Assembly (NCBI GenBank): GCA_963756875.1
Contig: CAVWPA010000003.1
Span: forward strand, 1,440,001 to 1,504,000
Source: an uncultured Verrucomicrobiae bacterium
Lineage (GTDB): Bacteria; Verrucomicrobiota; Verrucomicrobiia; Chthoniobacterales; UBA10450
Direction: 5' to 3'
Length of the DNA stretch: 64,000 bases
The translations under genes were made by a program, and so were the position numbers. The notes beneath the pieces are model-generated. The model was not told the DNA's origin and ran no database searches. It saw nothing but the letters and a program-made list of their open reading frames with translations. Shown here in pieces: positions 1 through 9,943 of this stretch. The stretch's first letter is position 1, and each line of letters starts with the position of its first letter.

Positions 1-1041
1 CGTCGGTTCCGCCTCAAGAGCTTCCTTTTCGATAGAGGATTGATTCAAACGCTCGCGCAGCCGTTCGACGATTTGTTCGACCAGGGCGGCGTCCGGACGG
101 CAGAAAATGAAAAGATATTTCGGGCCTTTCCCGACCGCGGGAAAGATGATCAGATTTTCTGAAAGAAACCTGGGCTCGTGCGCGACCATCGACCCGTCCA
201 GATCGATCGTTTGTGCAAACGGGCGGCCGTTTTTGCGGGCTACGAACAGGAGTTTTCGCGGCTCTTCGTTCGTCGCGACGAGCGCACCGAACAAGTTTGC
301 GGGCACCCGCCTGCCGCGCCCGCTGATGCAACGCGCAGCGAAGGCAACGGTCTCGTTGAGGTTGTTCTGCCGGTTAAAAACATGAGCGAGGCGTGCGGGC
401 AATGTGGTTGGCAATTTTACCGACAGACCGAAATTGGCGGGGCCGTTGAGCTTTTTTAAGGCGAGCCAGATTTTCGCCTTCATTGCGCGCAGAATTTTTG
501 GCGCGAAGTAAAGGAACGCCACGATCGCGACCAGAAAAACCGATAACGCGATTACTGGATTATAATAGATCAGCGCCAGACCGCCGAGGACGCCGACGTC
601 TTCACCGAAGCTAAGGGCGATATTTGAAAACGGCTCGGGGGAAGTGTTGCTGGCGAGACGCGTGGCCGTCTTTGCCGTGTGCGTGATGAGGCTGGTGCCG
701 CCGGCCAGGAGCGCCACCATAATGGTAAAGGTCGGGTTTGGATGTCCGAGCACTTGAATGGCGAGAAGCGCCCCGCCGATCGGTCGAATCACCGTGTGCA
801 CTGCGTCCCAGGCCGAATCGACCCATGGGATTTTGTCGGCGAAAAATTCAAGGGAATAGAGAATGCCGGAAATAATGATAATGGCCGGCTGACCCAGCAC
901 GTCGAGCGATTGGTAGGCGGGCGCGAGCGCGATCCAGTGAAAATGGATGGCCAGACCGGTAGCGAAGACGGTCAGGTAGAGGTTAATTCCCGCCAGGGCG
1001 GCCAGTCCAAGCGCAACGGTGAGAAGGTGTAGTCTTTCCAC
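1..1041 (-). CDS. DUF4126-family membrane protein (3' end runs off the window)
   Basis: Hand translation from GTG at 1041 stays open to position 1: VERLHLLTVALGLAALAGINLYLTVF...LEFFADKIPWVDSAWDAVHTVIRPIGGALLA...NTSPEPFSNIALSFGED, typical DUF4126 motifs. Absent from the ORF track because there is no stop in the window. Confidence 0.8.
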   Translation of the reverse strand, partial: MERLHLLTVALGLAALAGINLYLTVFATGLAIHFHWIALAPAYQSLDVLGQPAIIIISGILYSLEFFADKIPWVDSAWDAVHTVIRPIGGALLAIQVLGHPNPTFTIMVALLAGGTSLITHTAKTATRLASNTSPEPFSNIALSFGEDVGVLGGLALIYYNPVIALSVFLVAIVAFLYFAPKILRAMKAKIWLALKKLNGPANFGLSVKLPTTLPARLAHVFNRQNNLNETVAFAARCISGRGRRVPANLFGALVATNEEPRKLLFVARKNGRPFAQTIDLDGSMVAHEPRFLSENLIIFPAVGKGPKYLFIFCRPDAALVEQIVERLRERLNQSSIEKEALEAEPT

Positions 1042-1097
1042 GGGAAAATTATGGACTCACGGGTGTCGCAATGTCACGCACGGAAGTCGGCCTGGGC

Positions 1098-1216
1098 AAA
1101 TGACGAATGCCGAAGGAATGACGAAGCACGAATGACTCATGGCGATTGCTGTTTCGTCATTTTGGATTGCCGTTTTCCTTCGTCATTCGTCATTTCAATT
1201 TCGTCATTCGTCATTC
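1098..1216. repeat. Intergenic inverted repeat built of AATGACG / CGTCATT heptamer units
   Basis: Several AATGACGAA units (1098-1137) are followed by complementary TTCGTCATT units (1153-1216), between the divergent DUF4126 gene and serS. Confidence 0.75.
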
Positions 1217-1228
1217 ATACTTGGCGCC

Positions 1229-2548
1229 ATGCTCGACATTCGCCTGATTCGCGAGAAACCGGACTTTGTTCGGGAACGTCTGGCCACGCGCGGGGAGGAC
1301 CTCGACGTGAAGGTCACGGAGGTCATTGCATCCGACAAACAGCGGCGCGCCGATGAGACCGCCGTTCAGCAGTTCCGCGCGCAAAGGAACGAGTTGAGCA
1401 AGAAGATCGGCGTTCTGAAAGGCCGCGGTGAAGATACCGGTCAACTGGAAACGGAAGTCACCGAGATCAACCGGGACATTGACCAATTGAACGAAGCGAT
1501 TGCGGGGAGCGAGCAGGTGCAACGCGATCTGCTTCTTGAGATTCCGAATCTTCCTCATGAAACCGTGCCGGTGGGCAAGGATGCGAGCGCGAACAAGGTG
1601 GTGCGCAGCTGGGGCGAAAAACCGCAGTTAAAGGAGCCGGTGCTCGATCATGTCGATCTTGGAGCCCGGTTAAAGCTTCTCGACCTGGAACGCGCAACCA
1701 AGTTGAGCGGGAGCGGCTTTATTTGCTTCACGGGCGCCGGCGCGAAGTTGGAGCGCGCGCTGATTCATTTCATGCTCGACCTGCACACGCGGGAGCATGG
1801 CTACCTTGAAATGAGCCCGCCGTTTCTGGTCAGGCGCGAGTGCATGACCGGCACAAGCCAGCTGCCGAAATTCGAGGCCGACATGTACGGGTTGGAAAAC
1901 GGCGAACTGTTTCTCGCTCCGACCGCGGAAGTGCCGCTAACGAATCTGCATCGGGAAGAGATTCTGGCGGCTGGCGATCTTCCGAAAAAATTTACTGCTT
2001 ACACGCCCTGCTTCCGCCGTGAAGCAGGCTCAGCGGGGCGGGAAACCCACGGGATCATTCGAGTCCATCAATTCGACAAGGTCGAGCTGGTGAAGATCAC
2101 GACCCCGGAAAAATCGTACGAAGAACTCAAAGCTCTGCTGGCCGATGCCGAGCGCGTCCTGCAATTGCTTGGCTTGCATTACCGGGTCCTCGAGCTTTGC
2201 ACCGGCGATCTCGGGTTTGGCTCGGCCAAGACTTACGACATCGAAGTCTGGTCGCCCGGCCAGAAAGGGTATCTGGAGGTTTCGAGCTGCTCGAACTTCG
2301 AGGATTTTCAGGCGCGCCGGATGAATCTTCGTTTCAAGGGTGCCGATGGAAAGAACCGTTTTTGCCACACATTAAATGGATCGGGTCTGGCGCTCCCGAG
2401 ATTGTTTGCGGCGTTAATCGAAAGCAATCAACAGCCCGACGGCTCGGTCCGGATCCCTGAGAAATTAGAGCCCTATTTCGGGGCGAAAGAGATATCGGCG
2501 AACAAAGCTCCAAATTCCAACATCCAAGCTCCAGTGAAGCTCCAATAA
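1229..2548 (+). CDS. serS: Serine--tRNA ligase
   Basis: Start at MLDIRLIRE, N-terminal coiled coil, LAPTAEVP, TPCFRREAGS, IRVHQFDKVE, EVSSCSNFEDFQARR and HTLNGSGLA class II motifs. Confidence 0.97.
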   Translation: MLDIRLIREKPDFVRERLATRGEDLDVKVTEVIASDKQRRADETAVQQFRAQRNELSKKIGVLKGRGEDTGQLETEVTEINRDIDQLNEAIAGSEQVQRDLLLEIPNLPHETVPVGKDASANKVVRSWGEKPQLKEPVLDHVDLGARLKLLDLERATKLSGSGFICFTGAGAKLERALIHFMLDLHTREHGYLEMSPPFLVRRECMTGTSQLPKFEADMYGLENGELFLAPTAEVPLTNLHREEILAAGDLPKKFTAYTPCFRREAGSAGRETHGIIRVHQFDKVELVKITTPEKSYEELKALLADAERVLQLLGLHYRVLELCTGDLGFGSAKTYDIEVWSPGQKGYLEVSSCSNFEDFQARRMNLRFKGADGKNRFCHTLNGSGLALPRLFAALIESNQQPDGSVRIPEKLEPYFGAKEISANKAPNSNIQAPVKLQ

Positions 2549-2634
2549 CTAAAATCCCCAACCGCGCGTCAGTCGCATTTTGAATATTGAAGATTGAGGA
2601 TTCTTTGGAGGTTGGAGCTTGGAATTTGGAGCTT
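2503..2634. repeat. Heptamer-periodic inverted repeat (AAGCTCCA...TGGAGCTT) overlapping the serS 3' end
   Basis: AAGCTCCAAATTCCAACATCCAAGCTCCA is mirrored by TTGGAGGTTGGAGCTTGGAATTTGGAGCTT, between convergent genes. Confidence 0.75.
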
Positions 2635-2661
2635 CTTGTTCCTTGTCGTGTTTATTCGTGG

Positions 2662-3537
2662 TTAAAGTAAGTCGAGCTGCCCGCGGTTCTGTTCGGAGAA
2701 GATTCTCTCGGTTTCAGAGGGGAGTGGCAGCTCGTAGCCGAGCCGTTGGGCGAGGCGTTGCGCGGTTTCCGGCGCGAACCCTTCAAAGTGGTTGCTTACG
2801 AATGCCCAGACATTGCTCACTTCCGGAAGATGGCGCTCGATTTTGAGCGACCAACTCTCCAGCGCGGCTTCCCGTTTCCATAGAAGCTTCTCGTAACGAT
2901 GGACACGGCGACCGTCGCCGTCGTACTTTGTCGCATAGTCGCCAAGCAGACGGAGGTAAAAGAAATCGGTGGTGCGCGGCAGGAACTCGAACGGCGCAAG
3001 GTTGCGTTCGTTGAGCGGGCTGGTATCGGCCCAGACCCAACAAACGCGGCATTTTTCGAGGAGTCCGATAATTTGGGGCCGATGCCAGCCGGGATGACGA
3101 AACTCGACAGCAAACCGGAGATCGCGCGGCAATTGCGTCAGAAACGTGCGAAGCGATTGTCTGCCTTCCTTGGGTGTGAACGAGGGCGGCAGTTGAATGA
3201 GGATTACCTGCAATTTCGGTCCGAGCGGCTCGAGCGCTCGCAAAAACGAGCTCAGCTCCTCGCGGCAATCGCGAAGCCGGCGCACATGCGTGATTTCGCG
3301 CGGAAGCTTGCAACTGAACCGGAACGTCGCGGGCGTGACTTCGGCCCATCGGCGAATCGTGGTCTCGGCCGGCGCACTGTAAAAGGTCGAGTCCACCTCG
3401 ACCGCCGGGAAATGGCGCGCATAGAACTCCAGCCGCTCCGATTCGGGAAGGTCCGCGGGATAAAAGCTCCCTCGCCATTCGTCAAAACTCCAGGCGCAGG
3501 CGCCGATGCGGATCTTCTGCTGATCGATCAGGTTCAA
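2662..3537 (-). CDS. DUF72 (YecE-like) domain protein
   Basis: IRIGACAWS..W.G.FYP, LEFYARHFPAVEVDSTFY, F.F.CKLPREITH, LIQLPPSF, AVEFRHPGW, YLRLLG. Start uncertain (TTG 3537; ORF extends to 3627). Confidence 0.88.
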   Translation of the reverse strand: MNLIDQQKIRIGACAWSFDEWRGSFYPADLPESERLEFYARHFPAVEVDSTFYSAPAETTIRRWAEVTPATFRFSCKLPREITHVRRLRDCREELSSFLRALEPLGPKLQVILIQLPPSFTPKEGRQSLRTFLTQLPRDLRFAVEFRHPGWHRPQIIGLLEKCRVCWVWADTSPLNERNLAPFEFLPRTTDFFYLRLLGDYATKYDGDGRRVHRYEKLLWKREAALESWSLKIERHLPEVSNVWAFVSNHFEGFAPETAQRLAQRLGYELPLPSETERIFSEQNRGQLDLL

Positions 3538-3633
3538 TTTGTTGCCGCGGCCGTTGCCCGGGCGGCTGCAATCTACTTCGAAACGGGCGACTTCGGCTAC
3601 AGGAAATCGCGTCGGTTGAAAGATCAACGTGCG

Positions 3634-3670
3634 GTAGCCGCCGCCAGCCGAGGGCAGCGACCCCGGCTAC
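3634..3670. repeat. GTAG-type REP-like palindrome
   Basis: GTAGCCG...GCGACCCCGGCTAC; related to the CCGGGGTCGGCGACCCCGGCTGCA copy inside sucB. Confidence 0.55.
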
Positions 3671-3733
3671 AGGCACTTCTTTGCACCTGGCCAACTTGAC
3701 GGGGTCGATAACTTAACTACCCTGCGAAGCCCC

Positions 3734-4993
3734 ATGAAATCGCGCGTTCCAGCGTTCCTTTTTGCTCTGGTCATCGGTCTCTCCTTTTCCCAGGTGAGCA
3801 GGGCTGCGGTTATCTTCAAGCCGGGTAAAAAAGCGAAGTACGTCGCGCCCGGCGAAGAGGAGATGAACGGCAACGCGGAGGAGCTATTCCACATCGCTCA
3901 GAAAGCCGAGGGAAATGGCAATGTGAAGCGGGCTATCCGAGCCTACAAGACGTTGGTGCGCCGGCATCCGAAGGACGCGCTTGCAGCGGGCTCGATTTTT
4001 CGCGCGGGTGAATTACAAGAGAAGATCAATGATCTCCCGGACGCGGTGCTATCGTTCCGGACCCTGATGGAAAGATATCCGAGCAGTCCGCATTTTGATG
4101 AGGCAATTGAAGGTCTATTTCGCATCGGGGAAGCATATTTGGGAGGCAGAAAGATCAAAATTCTTGGTGTTCCAGTTGCCTCTTCGATGGATAAGGCGGT
4201 GGAAATCTTCGCGGCTGTCATTCGCAGCGCGCCGTTTGGCAAGTACACGGCCCGCGCGCAATTCGACATTGGTTTGGCCCGGGAAAAGGAACACCTGAAT
4301 GACGCGGCACTTGAGGCTTACCAGGCGGTGATCGATAAATTTCCAAACGAACCCGTCGCGGCCGATGCCCAGTATCAGATTGGTTACATCTGGATGAGAG
4401 TGGCAAAGGCCGGCGCGAAGGATCTCGCCGCTACTAAAAACGCCCAAACTGCTTTCGGAGACTTTCTCTTTCGGTATCCCAATAGCGAAAAGGCTCCGCA
4501 GGCACGCGCTAATCTGAAGCTGCTCGAGCACAAACAGACTACGAGCGCGTTTGACGTGGCGAGGTTTTACGACAAGCAAAAACACTATCGGGCTGCCGTG
4601 ATTTATTATAATGAGGTGATCCGAGAGCAGCCGGATTCGCCGGAAAGCATGAAGGCTAAGAAACGAATCGACCAGTTGCGCGCGAAGTTCGGCGATGCCG
4701 CGCTTCAGCCGCTGGTCGAGACTGCGGAGGCAAAAAAGGAGAGAAAGGCCGCGGAAGAGAAAAAACATAAATCCGAGACGCATGCGGATGCCAATACGCA
4801 TGCGAATGACAGCGGGCCGTTGCCTCCGCCGGACACGGACTTGTCTCTGCCCCCGCCCGCTTCGCTGGGCTCCGGCGCTGATACAACTGGGCCCGGATCA
4901 TTGCCAGGCGCGGGAAGTAGTTCCTTGCCTGAGCCGTCGCCGACTCCGGAATCTTCGGCCACTCCGGAAGGAGAGGCCTCGCCGGCGCCGTGA
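3734..4993 (+). CDS. bamD: Outer membrane protein assembly factor BamD-like TPR protein with Pro/Ser-rich tail
   Basis: Signal peptide, TPR repeats, AFGDFLFRYPNS and ARFYDKQKHYRAAVIYYNEVI (BamD C-terminal motif); adjacent to lptE. Confidence 0.8.
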   Translation: MKSRVPAFLFALVIGLSFSQVSRAAVIFKPGKKAKYVAPGEEEMNGNAEELFHIAQKAEGNGNVKRAIRAYKTLVRRHPKDALAAGSIFRAGELQEKINDLPDAVLSFRTLMERYPSSPHFDEAIEGLFRIGEAYLGGRKIKILGVPVASSMDKAVEIFAAVIRSAPFGKYTARAQFDIGLAREKEHLNDAALEAYQAVIDKFPNEPVAADAQYQIGYIWMRVAKAGAKDLAATKNAQTAFGDFLFRYPNSEKAPQARANLKLLEHKQTTSAFDVARFYDKQKHYRAAVIYYNEVIREQPDSPESMKAKKRIDQLRAKFGDAALQPLVETAEAKKERKAAEEKKHKSETHADANTHANDSGPLPPPDTDLSLPPPASLGSGADTTGPGSLPGAGSSSLPEPSPTPESSATPEGEASPAP

Positions 4994-5496
4994 AGCATTC
5001 ATTTCTGGCAGCGTCGATCTGCCTTTGCCTGACCGGTTGCCTCGGCTATCGCATCGGACCAGCCAAACCATATTATCTTAAGGACATTCACAAGATCGCG
5101 GTCCCGACATTTGGGAACAACACGCTTCTTCCGCACATTGAAGTGTTGGTAACCGATACGGTGATCAAGCAGTTTCAACAGGACGGCACCTTTCAGATAG
5201 CGAACAAAAATGACGCAGATGCGATTTTGAAGGCGGAAATCACCCGCGTTAGCCGTACTCCAGCGCGTTCGGTTCGTGGCAACGTGCTGGCCACCAGCGA
5301 ATTCAATCTGTCGATTCATCTGAAATACAGATTGGTCGGGCGTGATGGAGAATCAGTGGCGCCACCGGGTGAGGTTTCGGGTTCGACCAGCTTTTTTGTG
5401 GGCACGGACGTCGTGACGGACGAACGCCAGGCTTTGCCGATCGCCACTGGGGAATTGGCGACACGTTTGGTCAGCCAGCTCAGCGAAGGCTGGTGA
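4990..5496 (+). CDS. lptE: LPS assembly lipoprotein LptE family
   Basis: Lipobox LTGC followed by LGYRIG; IAVPTFGNNT; ADAILKAEI; overlaps the bamD stop (GTGA). Confidence 0.75.
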   Translation: MKHSFLAASICLCLTGCLGYRIGPAKPYYLKDIHKIAVPTFGNNTLLPHIEVLVTDTVIKQFQQDGTFQIANKNDADAILKAEITRVSRTPARSVRGNVLATSEFNLSIHLKYRLVGRDGESVAPPGEVSGSTSFFVGTDVVTDERQALPIATGELATRLVSQLSEGW

Positions 5497-5501
5497 CCGG
5501 A

Positions 5502-6383
5502 ATGAAAGGCGAGGAAAAGCTCTGGAATATTCTCAACGATAAGCTCGACACATTGCGGGCCGGTCATCGAATGCCTGAGGCGATCCGCATCGCCGAGACT
5601 CTGCTCGATCTGGCGAAACGCACATTCGGCGACAACGAGGTCGCCTTGGCCACCAGTTACGAGAAACTGGGCCAGTTGCTCGATCAAAGCGGCGATCGAG
5701 TAAGGGCAAAACCGTATTTGCTCAAAGCCCACGCCGTATTGGAGAAAGGCAAACCGTCCGATCAGAGCGCGCTTTACCGTTCGGCTCGCCGTCTTGCCTT
5801 TCTTTGCGACAATCTTGGCCAGCCGGAGGAGGCGATCCGTTACTACGAGAAGGCAATCGCCGCGGGGACGCAGCTGGACAATCTGCCATATCCGGATCTC
5901 GGAACGATGTTAAATAATGTGGCCCTCATTTTTCGAAAGTCGGGGCGCCCAAAGGCGGCTGAGCCTTATTATTTGCACGCGCTTCAGATTTATGAAAAAC
6001 AGCTCGGCCCCGAGCATGCCGACCTGGCCTCGGTGCTGAATAACCTCGCTGTGTTTTACACGAACGAGCGCCGTTTTAGCGAGGCGGAGAAGACCCACCT
6101 GCGGGCCCTGGCCATTCGGGAGAAGGTGCTTCCGCCAATGCATCCCGATATCGCGCAATCAAAATGTAATCTGGCGGTGGTCTATCATTCGCGCGGCGAT
6201 TACCCCAAAGCTGCGGAGCTTTACCGCGCTTCCCTGAAAAGCTGGGAGGAAGCGACCGACAATCCGCCGGAAGATTACGAGATCGTCGCCGCGAACTACG
6301 CCGATCTGTTGCGCTCGTTAGGCAAAGTGCGTAAGGCGCATCAGTTGGAAGCTCGCGCCAAGAAACGCCGCCGCGGCGTTTAA
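5502..6383 (+). CDS. Tetratricopeptide repeat protein (kinesin-light-chain-like TPR)
   Basis: Repeated LNNLA..Y...G....AE..Y..AL.I.EK.LGP.H motifs. Confidence 0.85.
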   Translation: MKGEEKLWNILNDKLDTLRAGHRMPEAIRIAETLLDLAKRTFGDNEVALATSYEKLGQLLDQSGDRVRAKPYLLKAHAVLEKGKPSDQSALYRSARRLAFLCDNLGQPEEAIRYYEKAIAAGTQLDNLPYPDLGTMLNNVALIFRKSGRPKAAEPYYLHALQIYEKQLGPEHADLASVLNNLAVFYTNERRFSEAEKTHLRALAIREKVLPPMHPDIAQSKCNLAVVYHSRGDYPKAAELYRASLKSWEEATDNPPEDYEIVAANYADLLRSLGKVRKAHQLEARAKKRRRGV

Positions 6384-6492
6384 AGTTCCAAACCGCAAAC
6401 CGCAAATCCCAGGGAAACTTCAAACTCCAATCTTCAACCGCGCGGGCCGAAGTTTGAATGTTGGAGCTTGGCGATTGGGATTTGGGGTTTCA
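6383..6492. repeat. Heptamer-periodic inverted repeat upstream of tRNA-Leu
   Basis: AAAGTTCCAAACCGCAAACCGCAAATCCCA... is mirrored by ...TTGGAGCTTGGCGATTGGGATTTGGGGTTT; same family as 2503-2634. Confidence 0.65.
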
Positions 6493-6544
6493 AAGCGGCT
6501 TGCGGCTCATCACGGCCTGCGCGATCTTCGGAGCCGCTTTGTTC

Positions 6545-6626
6545 GCTCACGTGGCGGAATTGGCAGACGCGTACGGCTCAGGACCGTATGGGGCAACCCG
6601 TGGAGGTTCGAGTCCTCTCGTGAGCA
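6545..6626 (+). tRNA. tRNA-Leu(CAG)
   Basis: Acceptor stem GCTCACG/CGTGAGC plus discriminator A; D arm TGGCGGAATTGGCAGACGC; anticodon arm TACGG-CTCAGGA-CCGTA; long variable arm; T loop GGTTCGAGTCC; CCA not encoded. Confidence 0.96.
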
Positions 6627-6901
6627 CGATTCTTTGCGGCCGGTGGAGGCATGGTGCGCTGCGCATCAAAGTCAGGCGCGCTTCGTCAGTCTCAGTGGGA
6701 TCACCCACAAGACCGGTTTCTTTCAGAAATTGGCCACAGCGATCGGCCTCGAAGTCATTGAGAATTCATCAGTGATTCCGACCTGGCGCTTTCCTGCCGC
6801 ACTTTCGGTGCCGTTCGCCTTCGCAAAGCTTACGGGCGTCTTCGTAGGAACATCCCTGCCTTCCATGGGGGTGGCTGATGCGTTCTATGATGCAGTCCGT
6901 G

Positions 6902-6956
6902 TAGGGTAAAACCCTATAAGGAATGGCTTGTCGAAGGGGGCCGCGACGGGTTATAT
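6902..6956 (+). promoter_or_regulatory. Perfect 6-3-6 palindrome TAGGGT-AAA-ACCCTA next to a sigma70-like promoter
   Basis: Palindrome at 6902-6916; TTGTCG (6928) then 17 nt then an AT-rich TTATATTATAAT -10 region, upstream of the first kinase. Confidence 0.5.
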
Positions 6957-7087
6957 TATAATAAGCGTAAGAATATGTTCCATGCAGGGAAGCGCGGCTG
7001 GGCGCCAGGCCGAATCGGGCGACGGTCGCGTAACCGCTGTGGCTGTGCGGCGCACCGCTTTCTTTCAAAGCCGACTGAACGGGTGCA

Positions 7088-8890
7088 ATGAACGCGCAAG
7101 ATCGACATCTTCCACAAAAAAGCGAGCAGCTTTTCGCGGCCTTCATGGACAACCTCCCGGGGTTCGCATGGATTAAGGATTTGGAAGGACGCTATACGTA
7201 TGCCAACGCCTTGGTGCAGGAATTGCAGCCTCATCGCGGGATCCGGGTGGGTAGGACAGATTCCGAAGCGTGGCCGCCGGAAATCTCCACCGTTCTTTGT
7301 GCCAACGACAAAATCGTTATCGACACTGGCAAATCGCTGCAAACCGTTGAGCCGTATTTGCGGGAGGGCGAACTTCGCGAAGCGCTGGTAAGCAAATTTC
7401 CAATTTTTGACTCGAGCGGCGCTGTCGAATCGGTGGGCGGCGTGGGAATAGATATCACCGAGCGTGTCAAGGCAGAGCGAGCAAGTTCGGAGTTGGCGGC
7501 AATCGTTGAAGGTTCGAATGATGCCATCATCGGCAAAACATTAGATGGAGTAATTACCTCCTGGAATAAGTCAGCCGAGAGGATTTACGGCTACCTGGCC
7601 TCGGAGGCCATAGGCCGCCCGATCGCGATTCTGGCTCCACCGGAACTGCAGGATGAGCTTCGGAAGATCCTGGAGCGGATCAAGCGCGGCGAATCCATCG
7701 AACATCTCGAGACCACGCGTCTTCGCAAAGACGGCAGCCAGGTATCGGTTTCTCTGACGATCTCTCCCATTAAGAACAATACGGGGGAAATTACCGGCGC
7801 ATCCGGAATTGCGCGCGATATCACTGAGCAAAAACGAGCTGAGCAGGCGTTGCGCGAAAGTGAGGAACGATTTCGCACTCAATATAAAAGTATGCCGATG
7901 CCGCTCTTCATGTGGCGGGCCGTGAACGATGACTTTGTATTGCTCGGTGGCAATGACGCCGCCGTAGCCTTCACCGAAGCCCATCTCCACACGATCGTCG
8001 GCAGGACGGCCTCCGAGCTGTATGCGGATATGCCGCAAATCCTGGAAGACTTCGCCCGTTGCTTCGCGACCGAGACGCTCATCAGCCGCGAGTTGCCGTA
8101 TCTGATGCGATCTTCGGGCGGGCAAAAAGAGCTGATCGCCACGTATGCGTTCATCCCGCCGGATCTGGTGACCGTTCACGTTTTCGACGTCACGAAGCAC
8201 AAGCAGGCAGAAGAAGCGTTAAATGCAGCCAATCGACAACTGCGGAGCCTTTCGCGTCGCTACATCCAGGTTCAGGAAAATCAAAGAAAACATCTCGCCC
8301 GCGAACTGCACGATCAAATAGGCCAGGCGTTGACGGCGGCGAAAATTTCCATTCGGTCCGTCAAACGATTGAGAAAACGCGAAACAATGGCGCGACAGTT
8401 GGACAAGGCGACCGCAATTATCGATCAAATTCTGCTGGAAGTGCGTCAAATTGCCCTGAATCTCAGGCCATCTGCGCTTGACGATTTGGGTCTGGCTGCG
8501 GCTCTGCGTCTGATTCTTGATGACTATGCCAAACGGGGAGGCTGGCAGGCCCGGTTCTTCGAAGAAGAGAATATGGGGCGCGCTGACGCGGAAGTAGAGA
8601 CAATTTGTTTTCGAATGGCCCTCGAGGCGCTGACAAACATTCTGCGCCATGCCCAAGCGCAAAAGGTATCGATGAAATTGCGAAAAAAAGGGGATTCACT
8701 GCACCTGAGTGTGTACGATGACGGCGTCGGTTTTGACGTTGCTAAAACGGAGGCGTCCACTGAACGAGATCGTCTGGGATTGATCGGTATGCGCGAACGC
8801 GCAAGCGAGGTGGGGGGAAAAGTTCAGTACAAATCGGTGCCGGGGGAAGGCACCGAAGTGCACATATTTCTCCCTTTTCATCCAACTTAG
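7088..8890 (+). CDS. Three-PAS sensor histidine kinase, NarX/UhpB-type (HisKA_3)
   Basis: Three PAS units ending in DITE/DVT; LARELHDQIGQAL H-box; EALTNILRHA; DDGVGF; GLIGMRERA. Confidence 0.92.
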   Translation: MNAQDRHLPQKSEQLFAAFMDNLPGFAWIKDLEGRYTYANALVQELQPHRGIRVGRTDSEAWPPEISTVLCANDKIVIDTGKSLQTVEPYLREGELREALVSKFPIFDSSGAVESVGGVGIDITERVKAERASSELAAIVEGSNDAIIGKTLDGVITSWNKSAERIYGYLASEAIGRPIAILAPPELQDELRKILERIKRGESIEHLETTRLRKDGSQVSVSLTISPIKNNTGEITGASGIARDITEQKRAEQALRESEERFRTQYKSMPMPLFMWRAVNDDFVLLGGNDAAVAFTEAHLHTIVGRTASELYADMPQILEDFARCFATETLISRELPYLMRSSGGQKELIATYAFIPPDLVTVHVFDVTKHKQAEEALNAANRQLRSLSRRYIQVQENQRKHLARELHDQIGQALTAAKISIRSVKRLRKRETMARQLDKATAIIDQILLEVRQIALNLRPSALDDLGLAAALRLILDDYAKRGGWQARFFEEENMGRADAEVETICFRMALEALTNILRHAQAQKVSMKLRKKGDSLHLSVYDDGVGFDVAKTEASTERDRLGLIGMRERASEVGGKVQYKSVPGEGTEVHIFLPFHPT

Positions 8891-8905
8891 CTGTTCAGAC
8901 ACCTC

Positions 8906-9592
8906 ATGAGCATAACGCGCCTTTTGATAGCGGATGATCACCAGCTTGTCCGCGCCGGTGTTCGCTCCCTCCTGAAAGGAGATCGGACGGTCCAGGTCGT
9001 GGCCGAAGCCAGTGATGGGCGTGAAGCGCTGGAGCTGGTCAAGAAGCATAAGCCGGACGTTGTATTAATGGATATCGCCATGCCGCGACTGAACGGCTTC
9101 GAAGCTATTGCCTTAATTACCAAGCAATTTCCGCACACAAAGGTGATTGTGCTCTCGATGCACGCGAACGAGGAGTACGTCGTGCATGCGCTTCGCGCAG
9201 GAGCGTCCGGCTACCTTGTTAAGGACGCGGCGGTTGGTGAATTTGGGCGAGCGATTCGAGCGGTCATGAAGGGTGAGACGTTTTTTAGTCCCCAGGTTTC
9301 CAAACGGGCGATGCAGACTTACCTCACGCGTATCGACGCAAATCACGGAGGCGTCGCCGGGCTGACGCCTCGACAGCGCGAAGTCATGCAACTGATCGCG
9401 GAAGGTAATAACACAAAGGAAGTGGCTTTTCTTTTGAAATTGAGCGCCAAGACCGTCGAAGCGCATCGCATGCAAATCATGCACCGTCTGGGAATTAACG
9501 ACATTCCAAGCCTGGTGCGCCAGGCGATGCGTTCAGGGTTGGTGCCTTCAGAACCTGGCAAAGGTCAATCCCTGCCAAGGGGGCCGAAGTAG
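8906..9592 (+). CDS. NarL/FixJ-family response regulator (REC + LuxR HTH)
   Basis: LLIADDH, DVVLMDIAMP, GYLVKD, LTPRQREVMQLIAEG..KEVA..L.LSAKTVEAHR. Confidence 0.95.
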   Translation: MSITRLLIADDHQLVRAGVRSLLKGDRTVQVVAEASDGREALELVKKHKPDVVLMDIAMPRLNGFEAIALITKQFPHTKVIVLSMHANEEYVVHALRAGASGYLVKDAAVGEFGRAIRAVMKGETFFSPQVSKRAMQTYLTRIDANHGGVAGLTPRQREVMQLIAEGNNTKEVAFLLKLSAKTVEAHRMQIMHRLGINDIPSLVRQAMRSGLVPSEPGKGQSLPRGPK

Positions 9593-9707
9593 AGCTTTCC
9601 CCTAAGGTTCTTTCCGATAGGCAGAACATTTGATTCTCACTGCTGTGAAAATTCAGTGGGCCGGAGAATTGGGATCGTTGCACTCAGTAGTTCTACGCAA
9701 GGCGGTG

Positions 9708-9722
9708 TAAGGATTTTCCTTA
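9708..9722. promoter_or_regulatory. Perfect 6-3-6 palindrome TAAGGA-TTT-TCCTTA
   Basis: Same geometry as 6902-6916; lies upstream of the next kinase. Confidence 0.5.
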
Positions 9723-9943
9723 TTGCGCGCTAAAATGTTTTCCCGACATTTTTTTACGTAACGAAAAAGCTAAGACTAGAATCTCCCGAGCCGCGTGCCC
9801 GCCCCTCGATCGGAGGAGAGGGGCCAGTTCAACCATCGGGTCGCGACGGTTTTAACTCTTCAGACTTTGAACGAGCAGTTCAGGACTCGGAGCGCCAGTC
9901 GGTTATAGGCGGATCGAGATCAGAACATCAGCAACTGCAGCAT

